Shown piece by piece: positions 8,832 to 18,078 of a stretch of 64,000 bases of DNA. The stretch covers positions 21,811 to 85,810 of the forward strand of contig CAUGSS010000004.1 in the NCBI GenBank assembly GCA_959602365.1. The letters are read 5' to 3'. The translations under genes and the position numbers were made by a program. This DNA comes from an uncultured Eubacteriales bacterium (GTDB taxonomy: Bacteria; Bacillota; Clostridia; Oscillospirales; Oscillospiraceae). Each line of letters starts with the position of its first letter. The stretch's first letter is position 1. The notes beneath the pieces were generated by a model. The model searched no databases. It was not told the origin of the DNA and worked only from the letters and a program-made list of their open reading frames with translations.

Positions 8832-10667
8832 CTACTCCTCTTCTGTAAGATATCGTTTTGCTGCGTCCTCTTCAGACAGCAGCTCATATTGCGGCCCCCC
8901 GGTTTCGGAACGCTCAGATTCTTTTCTCCCGGAGGATTCCACCCGTGTCTGTTGGATGGCTACAGTGGCCACCGAATGGTTTACCACCCCGTGCTGATAG
9001 GGGTCGGCCCCACCCTGGACAATTTGGGTGGCGTTGGGATGCTTCTTCAAATCGTATTTCAGATCAATCACGGGAGGTTCGCCCCGAATAAAAAGAAGTG
9101 CGCAGCGGTTGTCCAGCCTGCGCACTTCATCCGGGGTCATCAGCTCCCGGCCCCCAATTTGATAATTTGTCGAATAGCTGCCGTTGCGGCCCCGGCTGCG
9201 ACCATAGGTGTTCGAGTCGATGGTCTCCTTGCCCAGCAGCTCCGAGATGTACTTGTGGGTGCTCTGCTCATTGCCGCCGAGATAGGCCAACTCGTCCAAG
9301 TTGCCCACGATGCTCTCCCAGTTATCTTTGAACAAGGCCTTCAACTGGGCCAGGTTTTGCAGGATGATGGAGACGAAGACGTTCCGTGAGCGCATGACCG
9401 ACAGGATCTTGTCGAAGTCATCGGGCAGAGCGATATTCGCAAACTCGTCCATCAGGAAGTGGACCGGCACCGGCAGAGCTCCGCCGTACTCGTCATCCGC
9501 CACCCGAAAGAGCTTCTGGAACAGCTGGGTGTAGAGCATGGAGACCAGAAAATTAAAGGACGTGTCGTTGTCCGGGATCAGGGCAAAGATGGCCGTCTTC
9601 TCCCGGCCCAGCCGGTCCAGCTCCAGCTCGTCAGTCCGGGTCAGAGCCGCCACCTCTGTCAAGTTGAACTTGTCCAGGTGGGCGATCAGCGTAATCTGTA
9701 TGGATTTCAGAGTTTTGCCCGCAGCGGCCCGGAAGTTTTTGTAGTATTTCACGGCCATACTGTCCGGGTCCTGCTGCTCCAGCTGATAGAACAGCGCCTC
9801 TACCGGAGAGGGCATGGCCTCGCCGGTGTTCTCCTCCTCGATCTTGTCGTACCGGATCAGCTCCAGCACTGTAGCGAAGTTCCGCTCCTCCGGCGGGGCC
9901 TGCTCCAGCAGGAAGAAGATCAGGGCCAGCAGGTAGATCTGGGCCGCGTTCTCCCAGAAGGGGTCCTGGGAGCCGGTGGATTTCTTGGGGGTGGTGGCCT
10001 TGAACAGGTTGGTCACCAGCTGCTGGACGTCGCTCTCCCGCTCCAGATAGACAAAGGGGTTGTAGCAGTGGGAGCGCCCCATGTGGAGCAAATCGAGCAC
10101 CTTGAGGTTGTACCCCCGCCCCACCAGGAAGTTGCCGCAGTCCCGCAAAATCTCTCCTTTGGGATCGGTCACGACAAATGAAGTGTTGCCCTGGATCAGG
10201 TTGGGCTTGACATAGCTGTAGGTTTTGCCCGCGCCAGAGCCGCCGATGACTCCGGTGTTCAGGTTGCGCCGGTGGACGCCGGTGTTCAGGGAAATGCTGA
10301 TATGGCGGGTCAAAATTTTGTTTTGCTCCCGGGGCCGGCGGCTGTACTTCCGGTTGACCTCCCCGACCTCGCCCCAATCCGCCGAGCCGTACTCCTCCCC
10401 CCGTCGGTAGTTCCGCCGGGAGGCGGAATAGACCACCATGCCCAACCCGAAGGCTGTCTCACATACCAGCACCGTCCGCAGGCTGTCCGGGCAGAGGGTG
10501 ATGCGCAGCGGGTACTGGATGGCCCGCCCAAATCCTTGCAGCATCCCCGGTATGCCGGAGGAGACATAGGGGGCGATCAGGAGGGCCAGCCACAGGACGA
10601 TAATTCCCAAGATCACCGACGGGAGCAGCAGCTGGCGTTTCTTTCTCTTATGGGACACGGTGCTCAC
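8832..10667 (-). CDS. type IV coupling protein VirD4/TraG family
   Basis: 611-aa ORF with N-terminal TM helices, Walker A GGSGAGKT and a Walker B region; full-length TraG/VirD4 similarity. Confidence 0.85.
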   Translation of the reverse strand: MSTVSHKRKKRQLLLPSVILGIIVLWLALLIAPYVSSGIPGMLQGFGRAIQYPLRITLCPDSLRTVLVCETAFGLGMVVYSASRRNYRRGEEYGSADWGEVGEVNRKYSRRPREQNKILTRHISISLNTGVHRRNLNTGVIGGSGAGKTYSYVKPNLIQGNTSFVVTDPKGEILRDCGNFLVGRGYNLKVLDLLHMGRSHCYNPFVYLERESDVQQLVTNLFKATTPKKSTGSQDPFWENAAQIYLLALIFFLLEQAPPEERNFATVLELIRYDKIEEENTGEAMPSPVEALFYQLEQQDPDSMAVKYYKNFRAAAGKTLKSIQITLIAHLDKFNLTEVAALTRTDELELDRLGREKTAIFALIPDNDTSFNFLVSMLYTQLFQKLFRVADDEYGGALPVPVHFLMDEFANIALPDDFDKILSVMRSRNVFVSIILQNLAQLKALFKDNWESIVGNLDELAYLGGNEQSTHKYISELLGKETIDSNTYGRSRGRNGSYSTNYQIGGRELMTPDEVRRLDNRCALLFIRGEPPVIDLKYDLKKHPNATQIVQGGADPYQHGVVNHSVATVAIQQTRVESSGRKESERSETGGPQYELLSEEDAAKRYLTEEE

Positions 10668-11382
10668 CTGCCCTTCGGGGTGGAAGCGTCCCTGCCGATG
10701 TCCAGGGACTGGGGCGTATAACCGGTCTCCCGGGCGATGCGGTGCAGCTGCCGTACCACGGAGGGCCGGGCCGGCATCTCGTGGACAGAAGTGGACTGGC
10801 GGTTAGGAGCCGAACTGGCGAAGCCAGGCTGTGACCGACTCTTTTTCCCGATGCCGGCCCGGCCCTTCCTCTTCTGATTTTGGGACGGATCCTGACGCTT
10901 GTTCTCCTCGGTCCGCCCCGGGGTAGGGTTTCCCTTCTGTTTTTTTCCAGCGGTTCCCGGCCTGGGTCGCTGTGGCCCTTCGCCGCCACCCGAGCGTCCA
11001 CAGGGAGCATGTTATAGCGCTCCACAATGCGGTTGATCTTGGGTGCGTCCTCTGAGCGCACCAGCAGGTCTATGACGCCGTCCTTGACCCGCTTGTCCCG
11101 GAGGGCACAGTAGGTGATGCCGTAGCGCCTGGCCTCCCTGGTAAAATCCCTCATGGACTGCTCCGGGACGGAAAATACCGTCAGCTCCTTACCCGACCGG
11201 AGCATACTGCCCAGCCGCATGGCCCCCCGGGACTTCTCATGCTGCCCGGCCCACTTGGCCATGGCCAGCAGCAGAGCGGCAATCCGCACCGCCGCCTTGC
11301 CGGAGAGCACCAGGGCGTACTCCATGCCTCTCAGGCTGATGGTAATGACCTGATCGGCTGCTTGGGTTTCCATCAAAAACAC
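10648..11382 (-). CDS. PcfB-family conjugation protein with a low-complexity basic tail
   Basis: The N-terminal 130 aa (ITISLRGMEYALVLSGKAAVRIAALLLAMAK...YGITYCALRD...VIDLLVRSEDAPKINRIVERYNML) match PcfB. The Pro/Arg/Gly-rich C-terminal 100 aa is of doubtful frame, because an A7 tract lies at about 10960. Confidence 0.5.
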   Translation of the reverse strand: MFLMETQAADQVITISLRGMEYALVLSGKAAVRIAALLLAMAKWAGQHEKSRGAMRLGSMLRSGKELTVFSVPEQSMRDFTREARRYGITYCALRDKRVKDGVIDLLVRSEDAPKINRIVERYNMLPVDARVAAKGHSDPGREPLEKNRRETLPRGGPRRTSVRIRPKIRRGRAGPASGKRVGHSLASPVRLLTASPLLSTRCRPGPPWYGSCTASPGRPVIRPSPWTSAGTLPPRRAGEHRVP

Positions 11383-11409
11383 CTCCTATTTTTATGATGT
11401 TCCAAAATG

Positions 11410-11479
11410 ACAGCCTGCCGCTGCCGGGGAATAGAAAACCCGCAGGCTCTGGCGATCTCGTCGCCCAGCCTACGGGTTA
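11410..11479. repeat. 70-nt direct repeat copy A (about 91% identical to 13718..13787)
   Basis: acagcctgccgctgccggggaatagaaaacccgcaggctctggcgatctcgtcgcccagcctacgggtta. It lies between the AAA copy 1 gene and pcfB. Confidence 0.8.
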
Positions 11480-11504
11480 TTTTTCGGTGTAGAAAGATAA
11501 ATGG

Positions 11505-12782
11505 TCATGCTCTCAGCGCTGTGATCGGGACGACAAACACTCCATCAGGCCGCTGATAGGCCGCATTTGCCATGCCGCACAGCACACACAGCACAGCAGG
11601 CGGCTTTCCATCGGGGTCTGCCTCAATCTGCCTCTGGATGGCCAACAAATTGTCCACCGCGGCATCGATCTGATTGGCCCCCAGCTTGATCTCGAAGGCA
11701 CACCACTGGCCGTCGGGCAGTTCGATCACCGCGTCGATCTCCTGATTTTTATAGTCCTGATAGTGGTAGAGATGAGCCCCAAAGGACTCGGCATAGATTC
11801 GCAGGTCCCGTTCACACAGGGCCTCAAAGAGGAACCCCAGGGTCTCCAAATTTCCCAACAGTCCAGCAGGGGTGGCCTTCAACAGGGCGCAGACCAGAGA
11901 GGGGTCGGCAAAATGCCGCTTCTCCGCCTGTTTCACCCGCACCGAGGAGCGGATACTGGAGGAAAACGGCGGCTGATTTTCCGTGAGAAACAGCCGTTGA
12001 AAGATATCCAGGTAGGCTGCCACCGTGTTGGCGTCGATGTCCTCGTCGTCCACCGCCTTGATGTCTCGCATCAGCGTCTTGTTGGTGGCAGTGGTGCTCT
12101 CGTTCCGGGCCAGGGAGCGCAGCAGCAGCCGCATCTTCTGGGTATCCCGCTTAATTCCATCGATCCGGTACACATCATCGTCGATGACGGCATCCAGATA
12201 TTGCGCTGGAAGCAAGGCCGCCTGTTCCGGCGGCAGGCCCAGGCTCCCTGGCCAGCCGCCCCGGACGATCAGTCCAATCAGCTTCTTCAAGTCCACCTCA
12301 CCGGTCATGGCGGGCGTCAGCGCTCCGTGGCACAGCTGCTCCAGCGACACCTTGCCGCTGGAGTCCCCGGACTCCCACAAGGACATCGTCCGCATCCGCA
12401 GCCGGGCAATGCGCCCCGCACCGCTGTGCAAAATGCCCTTGTGGTTGGGGGTGGCGGAACCGGTGAGGATAAACTGTCCCTTCCGGGCCGTCTGGTCCAC
12501 CTGGTAGCGCACGGCATCCCAGAGAGGCGGCACCTCCTGCCACTCGTCAATGAGGCGGGGCGTCTCCCCCTCCAGCACCAAGGCAGGGGACAGCTCTGCC
12601 AGCTGGCGGTTCTGGAAGTTGCCAGCTGGGTCGCCGAGGTAGATCTCGCTTTTGCTGTGGTAAGAGGAAGTCCAGGTCTTGCCGCACCATTTTGGCCCCT
12701 CAATGCACACGGCTCCAAAAGCGGAGAGGTATTCCTCCACCTGCCGGTCGATGATGCGGGGCCTGTAGTTTTGTCTGTCCAT
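11505..12782 (-). CDS. AAA+ ATPase with DUF4143 (COG1373 family), copy 1
   Basis: 425-aa ORF. P-loop GPKWCGKT, the domain order and length are typical of DUF4143 ATP-binding proteins. It has its own sigmaA-like promoter and an RBS (GGAGG). Confidence 0.75.
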   Translation of the reverse strand: MDRQNYRPRIIDRQVEEYLSAFGAVCIEGPKWCGKTWTSSYHSKSEIYLGDPAGNFQNRQLAELSPALVLEGETPRLIDEWQEVPPLWDAVRYQVDQTARKGQFILTGSATPNHKGILHSGAGRIARLRMRTMSLWESGDSSGKVSLEQLCHGALTPAMTGEVDLKKLIGLIVRGGWPGSLGLPPEQAALLPAQYLDAVIDDDVYRIDGIKRDTQKMRLLLRSLARNESTTATNKTLMRDIKAVDDEDIDANTVAAYLDIFQRLFLTENQPPFSSSIRSSVRVKQAEKRHFADPSLVCALLKATPAGLLGNLETLGFLFEALCERDLRIYAESFGAHLYHYQDYKNQEIDAVIELPDGQWCAFEIKLGANQIDAAVDNLLAIQRQIEADPDGKPPAVLCVLCGMANAAYQRPDGVFVVPITALRA

Positions 12783-12821
12783 GGTGTTTGCCTCCAGTCA
12801 CCGCTGTGATTCAGTGCAATT

Positions 12822-12850
12822 ATTATATTCTATTCATACGATTTTTACAA
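12822..12850 (-). promoter_or_regulatory. sigmaA-type promoter TTGTAA-N17-TATAAT driving AAA copy 1
   Basis: On the minus strand, ttgtaa + 17 nt + tataat. The RBS GGAGG lies 8 nt before the ATG at 12782. Confidence 0.5.
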
Positions 12851-12946
12851 CTCCATTCAGTTGCATTTTTTATTTCTGCTCAGTCCAATTTCGATCAAGC
12901 AGAAAATTTTTTTGTAAAGGAGCTTGATATGCTCTGAACGCAAAAA

Positions 12947-12975
12947 GGGACAGCGACTCTGCTGTTCCTTTTTTG
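12947..12975. terminator. hairpin with flanking T/A runs (bidirectional terminator after relBE)
   Basis: gggacagcgactctgctgttcc followed by tttttt on plus, and preceded by aaaaa, which is a U-run on the minus strand. It lies immediately 3-prime of the relE stop. Confidence 0.5.
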
Positions 12976-12979
12976 CGGG

Positions 12980-13312
12980 TTATTTACGTTCTGCCTGAAC
13001 GATGCCCTCGACATCCCTACCGCCGTAGAAAATTCGGATCACGGTCACTGTGCGTTTTTGGGTGTCTATTGCATAATAAACGACAAAATTGTCTACTGGC
13101 ACTCGGTGCATTTCCATGCTTCTCCACGGTTCCCAATCCACAATGGCATAGCGCGCCGGCATAAAGTCCAGAGATCGGATTTCCTTTCGGATACGGTTGA
13201 CCTGCCCTTCGGCGGTATCCGGCGCTTTGAGATCGAAGGCAATGTAGGAGTAAATCTCCCTCAGATCGTCTTTGGCTTCCGGGGAATAGATAACGGAATA
13301 GGTATCGCTCAT
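12980..13312 (-). CDS. RelE/ParE-family type II toxin
   Basis: 110-aa ORF (MSDTYSVIYSPEAKDDLREIYSYIAFDLKAP...). It overlaps the upstream antitoxin gene by 4 nt. Confidence 0.75.
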   Translation of the reverse strand: MSDTYSVIYSPEAKDDLREIYSYIAFDLKAPDTAEGQVNRIRKEIRSLDFMPARYAIVDWEPWRSMEMHRVPVDNFVVYYAIDTQKRTVTVIRIFYGGRDVEGIVQAERK

Positions 13313-13623
13313 ATACCGAACTCCCGATTTAATTCGGCATCCACCTCATCTGCCGTATAGGTTTTGCCGGATTTCATGGATTCCACGCCTTTCATAAGCT
13401 CTGCGTCCAGCTGTTCACGGCTCATTCCGCCGACTGCGGTAGGTTTTGTGGAGGGCAGGCGCAGTTCAAAGGGCATCCCCTTTTTCAGTACAATCTGGCT
13501 GTAAAGCATCTGGATTGCGCTGGATGGGGAAATTCCAAGTTGAGAAAGGATTCCTTCTGCGTTTTCTTTTAGCTCTGTATCAATACGGGCATAAACTGCG
13601 GACGTATTTGCCATATCTATCAC
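13309..13623 (-). CDS. RelB/DinJ-family antitoxin
   Basis: 104-aa ORF (ANTSAVYARIDTELKENAEGILSQLGISPSSAIQMLYSQIV) with an RHH/DinJ-like N-terminus. Confidence 0.65.
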   Translation of the reverse strand: MIDMANTSAVYARIDTELKENAEGILSQLGISPSSAIQMLYSQIVLKKGMPFELRLPSTKPTAVGGMSREQLDAELMKGVESMKSGKTYTADEVDAELNREFGI

Positions 13624-13704
13624 ACTCCTTTGGCTATATTATATCCATTTTCTCTTGCAAACGCAAGCGATTGCAAGCAATATTTAAAATTTGCTTGCTC
13701 ATCC

Positions 13705-14247
13705 CTATTCTAACGCGACATCCTGCCGCTGCCGGGGAATGGAAAACCCGTAGACTCTGGCGATCTTATCGCCCAGCCTACGGGTTACCCTTGTAATGTC
13801 GGCGCGGGTCGCCGCGCCTCGGTATAGTCTGTCCTTCAGCCACTCCCGCTGGGAAAACCCCGCGCCATCTTTATAAACACGGTATAAATAGTGGTTGGTG
13901 CCGTCGTGGTGGATGGCGTCACACCGCAGGTCGCCCAGCCGGTCTACATACCAGGTGGTGTAATCCGTATCCCCATAGAGGCAGTCCCGGATGTTGCCGC
14001 TCTGGATCTCCTTATACCCCATGTGCCTGCCATCCCAAAGGCCCAGGTCGGCAATGACCAGGATGGGCTGGTTTAGCCGCACGTTGAGGTTGACGCGCAC
14101 ATCCTCCAAATAGCAGTCGTTGAGTTCATACATGAGGGCGATCCGTTCCGACTCGGGCAGGTCCGGGTAGTCCGCCTCCAGGTCGGCCCGACAATCCTCA
14201 TAGTCCAGGTAATAGTTGCTCCAAATGATGTGTTTTTCTTCTTTCAT
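13705..14247 (-). CDS. hypothetical ICE protein (180 aa)
   Basis: Intact ORF with no recognisable motif. The last 70 nt of the gene are duplicated at 11410..11479. Confidence 0.4.
   Translation of the reverse strand: MKEEKHIIWSNYYLDYEDCRADLEADYPDLPESERIALMYELNDCYLEDVRVNLNVRLNQPILVIADLGLWDGRHMGYKEIQSGNIRDCLYGDTDYTTWYVDRLGDLRCDAIHHDGTNHYLYRVYKDGAGFSQREWLKDRLYRGAATRADITRVTRRLGDKIARVYGFSIPRQRQDVALE
13718..13787. repeat. 70-nt direct repeat copy B (3-prime coding end of the 180-aa hypothetical gene)
   Basis: acatcctgccgctgccggggaatggaaaacccgtagactctggcgatcttatcgcccagcctacgggtta. Confidence 0.8.
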
Positions 14248-14372
14248 TTTGCTTCACCTCGCTGTTTTGCCTTGGCATCTTGTATGACACCTTACTTTCA
14301 TGCAAATCTAAAATCGCACTTTAGATCTGCATAAAACTTCAGGCTCCCTATGGTGGAATGGACGCTGTGTAT

Positions 14373-15803
14373 TTATCTCAGGAATTCTCTTTGCTCGTGC
14401 TGCCGACGCAGTGCTGCCCGCACCTGTTCATTGCCCACGCCCTCCACTTTTTCCGCCACCGCCTGGTATTGATCTGCAATGCTGTCGCACAGGCGGATCT
14501 CCTTGCAGAGCTGGCGGCACTGCTGAGAGATAACACTGATCTGCTCCCGGTTGGCCTGATAGGCCTCCGGGTCTCCGCGGACGGAGGCCAAACGCTGCCG
14601 ACGGTTCAGTTCCTTCCGTCGGTCTTTTAAAGCGGCCAGCTGTATCTCGACAGCGGCCCGATAGTCCCGCAGTTCCGCCAAGGTGCCGATCTGGTGCCGG
14701 CACAACAGCCGGGCCTGCTCGGAAATCTGCCGCAGCCGCGTCAGGTCTTGTTTTAATGCCGGGCTGACCCGAGTGCTGGGCCGCTTCCGCCTGGCCGGGA
14801 GAATCCCCAGCAGGAAGCAGTAGCGGATATAGAGGGCCTGGAGTCCGTAGAGTCTCTGTTTGCCCCGTTTCCAAGGACGGAACGGGCCGCCCCGGTAGTG
14901 CATGCGGCGGGGCTTTCTCTTCAGGGGTTTCACCTGCCACTGCTCCGCGATCCTGCGCCGGATGGCCGCCCGGGTATAGTTCGCGCCGAAGTTGCGCTCC
15001 AGCCGGAGGAACCGCTGGGCTTCCGGCGCGCGCACGGACAGGTCCTTGCCCTGTTTGATCTCATAGCCCTTGGAGCGCAGGATCGTGAGGAAATGGCTGT
15101 CCGTCCTGGCCTGGCGGATGGCCGCATCCACGTCGGCCTGGACAATCTTCCGCCAGGACATCCGGCCCGGGGTGTAGTCTCGGACTTTGGACGGTTGGGG
15201 CTGGGCGATGGTGCGAAAGCCGTACTGGAGCGCCAGCTCGTCTGACACCCGCCGGAACTCGGCGTAGTCACTGGCGCTGCGGTAATACTTTTTCCCATCC
15301 ACGAAAGAGACTGTGCATACCACAAAATGATTATGGATATGGTTGGGGTGATCCACATGGGTGGCCACCAGCACTTGATACCGGTCCCCCCAGAGTTTCT
15401 GGGCCGTCTCCACGCCGATCCGGTGGATCAGGTCGGGCGGCCCCTCCCCCTGGGCGAAGGACTGGTAGCCGTGGTAGGCCGCGGTGCCGCCGGTCTTCTG
15501 GAACCTGCGCTTCGTCCAGCGCATCTCCTCCACCGCCGTGTCAGGATCGCAGTTGATCCCGGAGACCAGCTGGTGGACGATCCCGCTGCCGTCCTTCCAG
15601 GTGGTGGCGCTGTCCCGGGCGGCGTAGTCCGCCACGGCGTGCAGGTCGTAGACAGAGAACTCGCCCTCGGTGCCGCCCTGCTGCTCCATGGTCTCTGAGA
15701 CCGTCTTTTGATCCTGGGCGTACCGGGTCTTTTGGGCGTTGCCGGCGTAGCGCACCACCGCCGCCACATCCCCCTTTACCCGCCACAGGCTGGTTACTGG
15801 CAT
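14373..15803 (-). CDS. MobA/VirD2-type relaxase (relaxase/mobilization nuclease domain)
   Basis: His-triad motif HVDHPNHIHNHFVV and a long coiled-coil C-terminus. The start is taken at Met99 of the track ORF (MPVTSLW), preceded by the RBS AAAGGGAGGA. The upstream extension overlapping the AAA gene is rejected. Confidence 0.8.
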   Translation of the reverse strand: MPVTSLWRVKGDVAAVVRYAGNAQKTRYAQDQKTVSETMEQQGGTEGEFSVYDLHAVADYAARDSATTWKDGSGIVHQLVSGINCDPDTAVEEMRWTKRRFQKTGGTAAYHGYQSFAQGEGPPDLIHRIGVETAQKLWGDRYQVLVATHVDHPNHIHNHFVVCTVSFVDGKKYYRSASDYAEFRRVSDELALQYGFRTIAQPQPSKVRDYTPGRMSWRKIVQADVDAAIRQARTDSHFLTILRSKGYEIKQGKDLSVRAPEAQRFLRLERNFGANYTRAAIRRRIAEQWQVKPLKRKPRRMHYRGGPFRPWKRGKQRLYGLQALYIRYCFLLGILPARRKRPSTRVSPALKQDLTRLRQISEQARLLCRHQIGTLAELRDYRAAVEIQLAALKDRRKELNRRQRLASVRGDPEAYQANREQISVISQQCRQLCKEIRLCDSIADQYQAVAEKVEGVGNEQVRAALRRQHEQREFLR

Positions 15804-15820
15804 AGTAGGATCCTCCCTTT

Positions 15821-15857
15821 GCAAGAAAAAGCAGAGCGGTTTGAACCACTCTGCTTT
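15821..15857 (-). terminator. rho-independent terminator after AAA copy 2
   Basis: 9-bp stem aaagcagag/ctctgcttt with a 12-nt loop, then a U-rich tract on the minus strand. It is followed by the relaxase RBS. Confidence 0.5.
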
Positions 15858-15897
15858 CGATTGACAATTCAGTTGGTGTGAGAGAATATCAGCGCAT

Positions 15898-17190
15898 TCA
15901 CAGAAGCTCTTTCGTTTTCCGGGCCAGATAGAGCGGAAGATTGGTAATATCTCCATCCTTCCGATAGCCCCGCTTTGAAAACCGCAGCGCGTGCTCAGGA
16001 TGGTGCGCGGCGATATACCGCTTAAAGGACGGCGCCGACTTGTTTTCTCCGCCCTTGGCTTCCACAGGGATGATCTCCATCCCGTTTTGCAGCACAAAGT
16101 CTATTTCCATCTGCTTATCTGAATAATAGCGCGGCGCAACTTCAAACTGTCCCAGCAGCTGCTGCAGAACGAAGTTTTCCGTCAGAGGGCCTTTGAATTG
16201 AAAGTCGGCTTTCAACAATATCGCGCTGTTATCCACGCCGGCCATATGCTTCAGCAGACCTGTATCAAACAGGAGTAACTTGAACTGATCCAGCTTGTCA
16301 AAGGCCGCCAGAGGATGCTCCATTTTAGAGACGTTGTAGACCCGGTTCAGCATTCCGGCGGAGACCAGCCACTCGATCGCCTCTTCAAAATCTCTGGCCC
16401 TGCCCCCTTCCCGGACTGCTCCGTACATAAATTTTTCATTCGGCTTGGCGAGCTGTGAGACAATGCTGCGAAATACCATCAGGATGCGCCCGCTGTTCAC
16501 CTTGCCGTTGTGCTTGGAAAAGTCATTCTCATAGACTTCCACCAGCTCTTGCTGAATCTGAGAAATCTTCGCCGGATCCTTGTGCTTGATCCAGGATGCG
16601 ACGCACTCGGGCATGCCGCCGATGATGAGATAGTAGTCATAGGCCTCCAGCAGCCGCTTGTGAAAAATCTCCTCTATTGGCTGCTGCTTCTGAATCTCCT
16701 CGTAGTACAGGTAGAGGGAGGGATCAATGGCCTCCAAAAATTCGTCAAAGGTCAGCGGTGTGATCTCCAGCAGGTTGACCATTCCCACGGGGTAGGACTT
16801 CGGCTGTGCCAGCAGGGTACCCAGCAGGCTGCCGGCCGAAATAACATGATACTCATTGGCCCTCTCTTTGAAATATTTCAGGGCGTTCAACGCCTCCGGG
16901 CACTCCTGGATCTCATCAAAAATGATCAGGGTCTTGCCCGGAAGAATTTTTTGGCCGGAGATCAGCGAAAGCAATTCGATGATCCGATGGGGATTTTTAT
17001 TCGCCTGGAAAATCGAATTCAGCTCGTCCTCTTCGTCGAAGTTGAAATAGGCATAGCTGTCATAGAAATTCTGCCCGAACTCCTTCATGAGCCAGGTCTT
17101 CCCGACCTGCCGGGCGCCCTTCAGCACCATGGGCTTGCGATCCTCGCTGTTCTTCCAGGCAATCAGGTCCTGTATTGCGTTACGCTTCAT
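15898..17190 (-). CDS. AAA+ ATPase with DUF4143, copy 2
   Basis: 430-aa ORF with P-loop GARQVGKTW and Walker B IIFDEIQ. Its GC content is lower than the flanks, and it sits between mobC and the relaxase. Confidence 0.75.
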   Translation of the reverse strand: MKRNAIQDLIAWKNSEDRKPMVLKGARQVGKTWLMKEFGQNFYDSYAYFNFDEEDELNSIFQANKNPHRIIELLSLISGQKILPGKTLIIFDEIQECPEALNALKYFKERANEYHVISAGSLLGTLLAQPKSYPVGMVNLLEITPLTFDEFLEAIDPSLYLYYEEIQKQQPIEEIFHKRLLEAYDYYLIIGGMPECVASWIKHKDPAKISQIQQELVEVYENDFSKHNGKVNSGRILMVFRSIVSQLAKPNEKFMYGAVREGGRARDFEEAIEWLVSAGMLNRVYNVSKMEHPLAAFDKLDQFKLLLFDTGLLKHMAGVDNSAILLKADFQFKGPLTENFVLQQLLGQFEVAPRYYSDKQMEIDFVLQNGMEIIPVEAKGGENKSAPSFKRYIAAHHPEHALRFSKRGYRKDGDITNLPLYLARKTKELL

Positions 17191-17446
17191 GTGAACGCCT
17201 CCTGCTTTGGTGTCGCAACAAGTGTATCACATTTTTCCGGCTTTTTAAAGCTATTGCTCTCACATTTTTCTTTGAAAATATAGACTAAAAATCACATTTT
17301 TTCAAACTATTCTCTCTCGCCCCACCGATTGCTCTGTCGCACACAATAACAAAATGGATTTCATTCCATCTTTAAATCGAATTTGCACTCTGATGGGAAT
17401 CGATTCCCATTGACACAAATGAAACTGTGGTCGGTAGATGGCGGCT

Positions 17447-17836
17447 CTAGACCTTACCATCGGAGCTTTTGTGGCGCTTTTTTCCTGGTGGCGCATCTGC
17501 ATTTGTGCGCAGGGGCGCATCCCTCATGACTGCGGCTATGATTGCCTTCATCTGGCGGATAATCTCCTGCCGCAGCGTCTCCAGCCGTGCGGCGCGGGGA
17601 AGCTCGTCCCGCTGGATCAGAGCGTCGCGCAGCAGCGTCACCTCAGCCTTCAGCCGGGAGATCTCGGCCATCATGGCCTGATATTCCGCCGGCGGAAGCG
17701 GCTGCGGCATTTTGCCGGAGATCAGTACTCGGAGATAAGCGGAGCGGCTTAAGCCGCTTTTTACGACCTCTCTATCCAGTTGGATAAGCTCGTCAGCACT
17801 CAGGTAGCATTGCACTTTTACCTGCCGTTTTCTCAA
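17447..17836 (-). CDS. MobC-like relaxosome accessory protein (ribbon-helix-helix)
   Basis: 129-aa ORF (KVQCYLSADELIQLDREVVKSGLSRSAYLRVLISGKMP...) matching the MobC pattern. Confidence 0.65.
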   Translation of the reverse strand: MRKRQVKVQCYLSADELIQLDREVVKSGLSRSAYLRVLISGKMPQPLPPAEYQAMMAEISRLKAEVTLLRDALIQRDELPRAARLETLRQEIIRQMKAIIAAVMRDAPLRTNADAPPGKKRHKSSDGKV

Positions 17837-17896
17837 ATCCGTTCACCTCTTTTATTCGTCCTATACGGGGGTTAGGGGGTGTCCCCTTAACACGTT

Positions 17897-17932
17897 GTGG
17901 ATGTACTCATCCTAAAATGGGAGTACATCCAC
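17897..17932. promoter_or_regulatory. candidate oriT inverted repeat upstream of mobC
   Basis: Perfect 12-bp arms gtggatgtactc / gagtacatccac with a 12-nt spacer, plus the nearby palindrome ggggtgtcccc. It lies in the 240-bp gap next to the mobC start. Confidence 0.35.
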
Positions 17933-18078
17933 GATGCTTGCTCAGAATATTGCATAGCAGGATCTGCATACAGATACTAACACATAATAACTGTTTTAGA
18001 AGACCTTTAATAGTTTTACTTGATACGAGCTTCTCGCCATGCTATGATTTTCTTCCAGAAGGGAGGTCTCGTTCTCGT

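Noticed and set aside
10668-11000. Alternative reading frames of the PcfB tail (Lys-rich frames after the A7 tract near 10960), as possible programmed frameshifting.
   Set aside because: Multiple open frames are expected by chance in this GC-rich stretch, and there is no conserved slippery-site or pseudoknot context. Only the uncertainty of the C-terminal frame is noted.
15804-16097. N-terminal 98-aa extension of the relaxase ORF overlapping the AAA copy 2 gene.
   Set aside because: The extension has no relaxase similarity, it overlaps a terminator hairpin, and a strong RBS (AAAGGGAGGA) precedes Met99 (MPVTSLW). The true start is taken at 15803.
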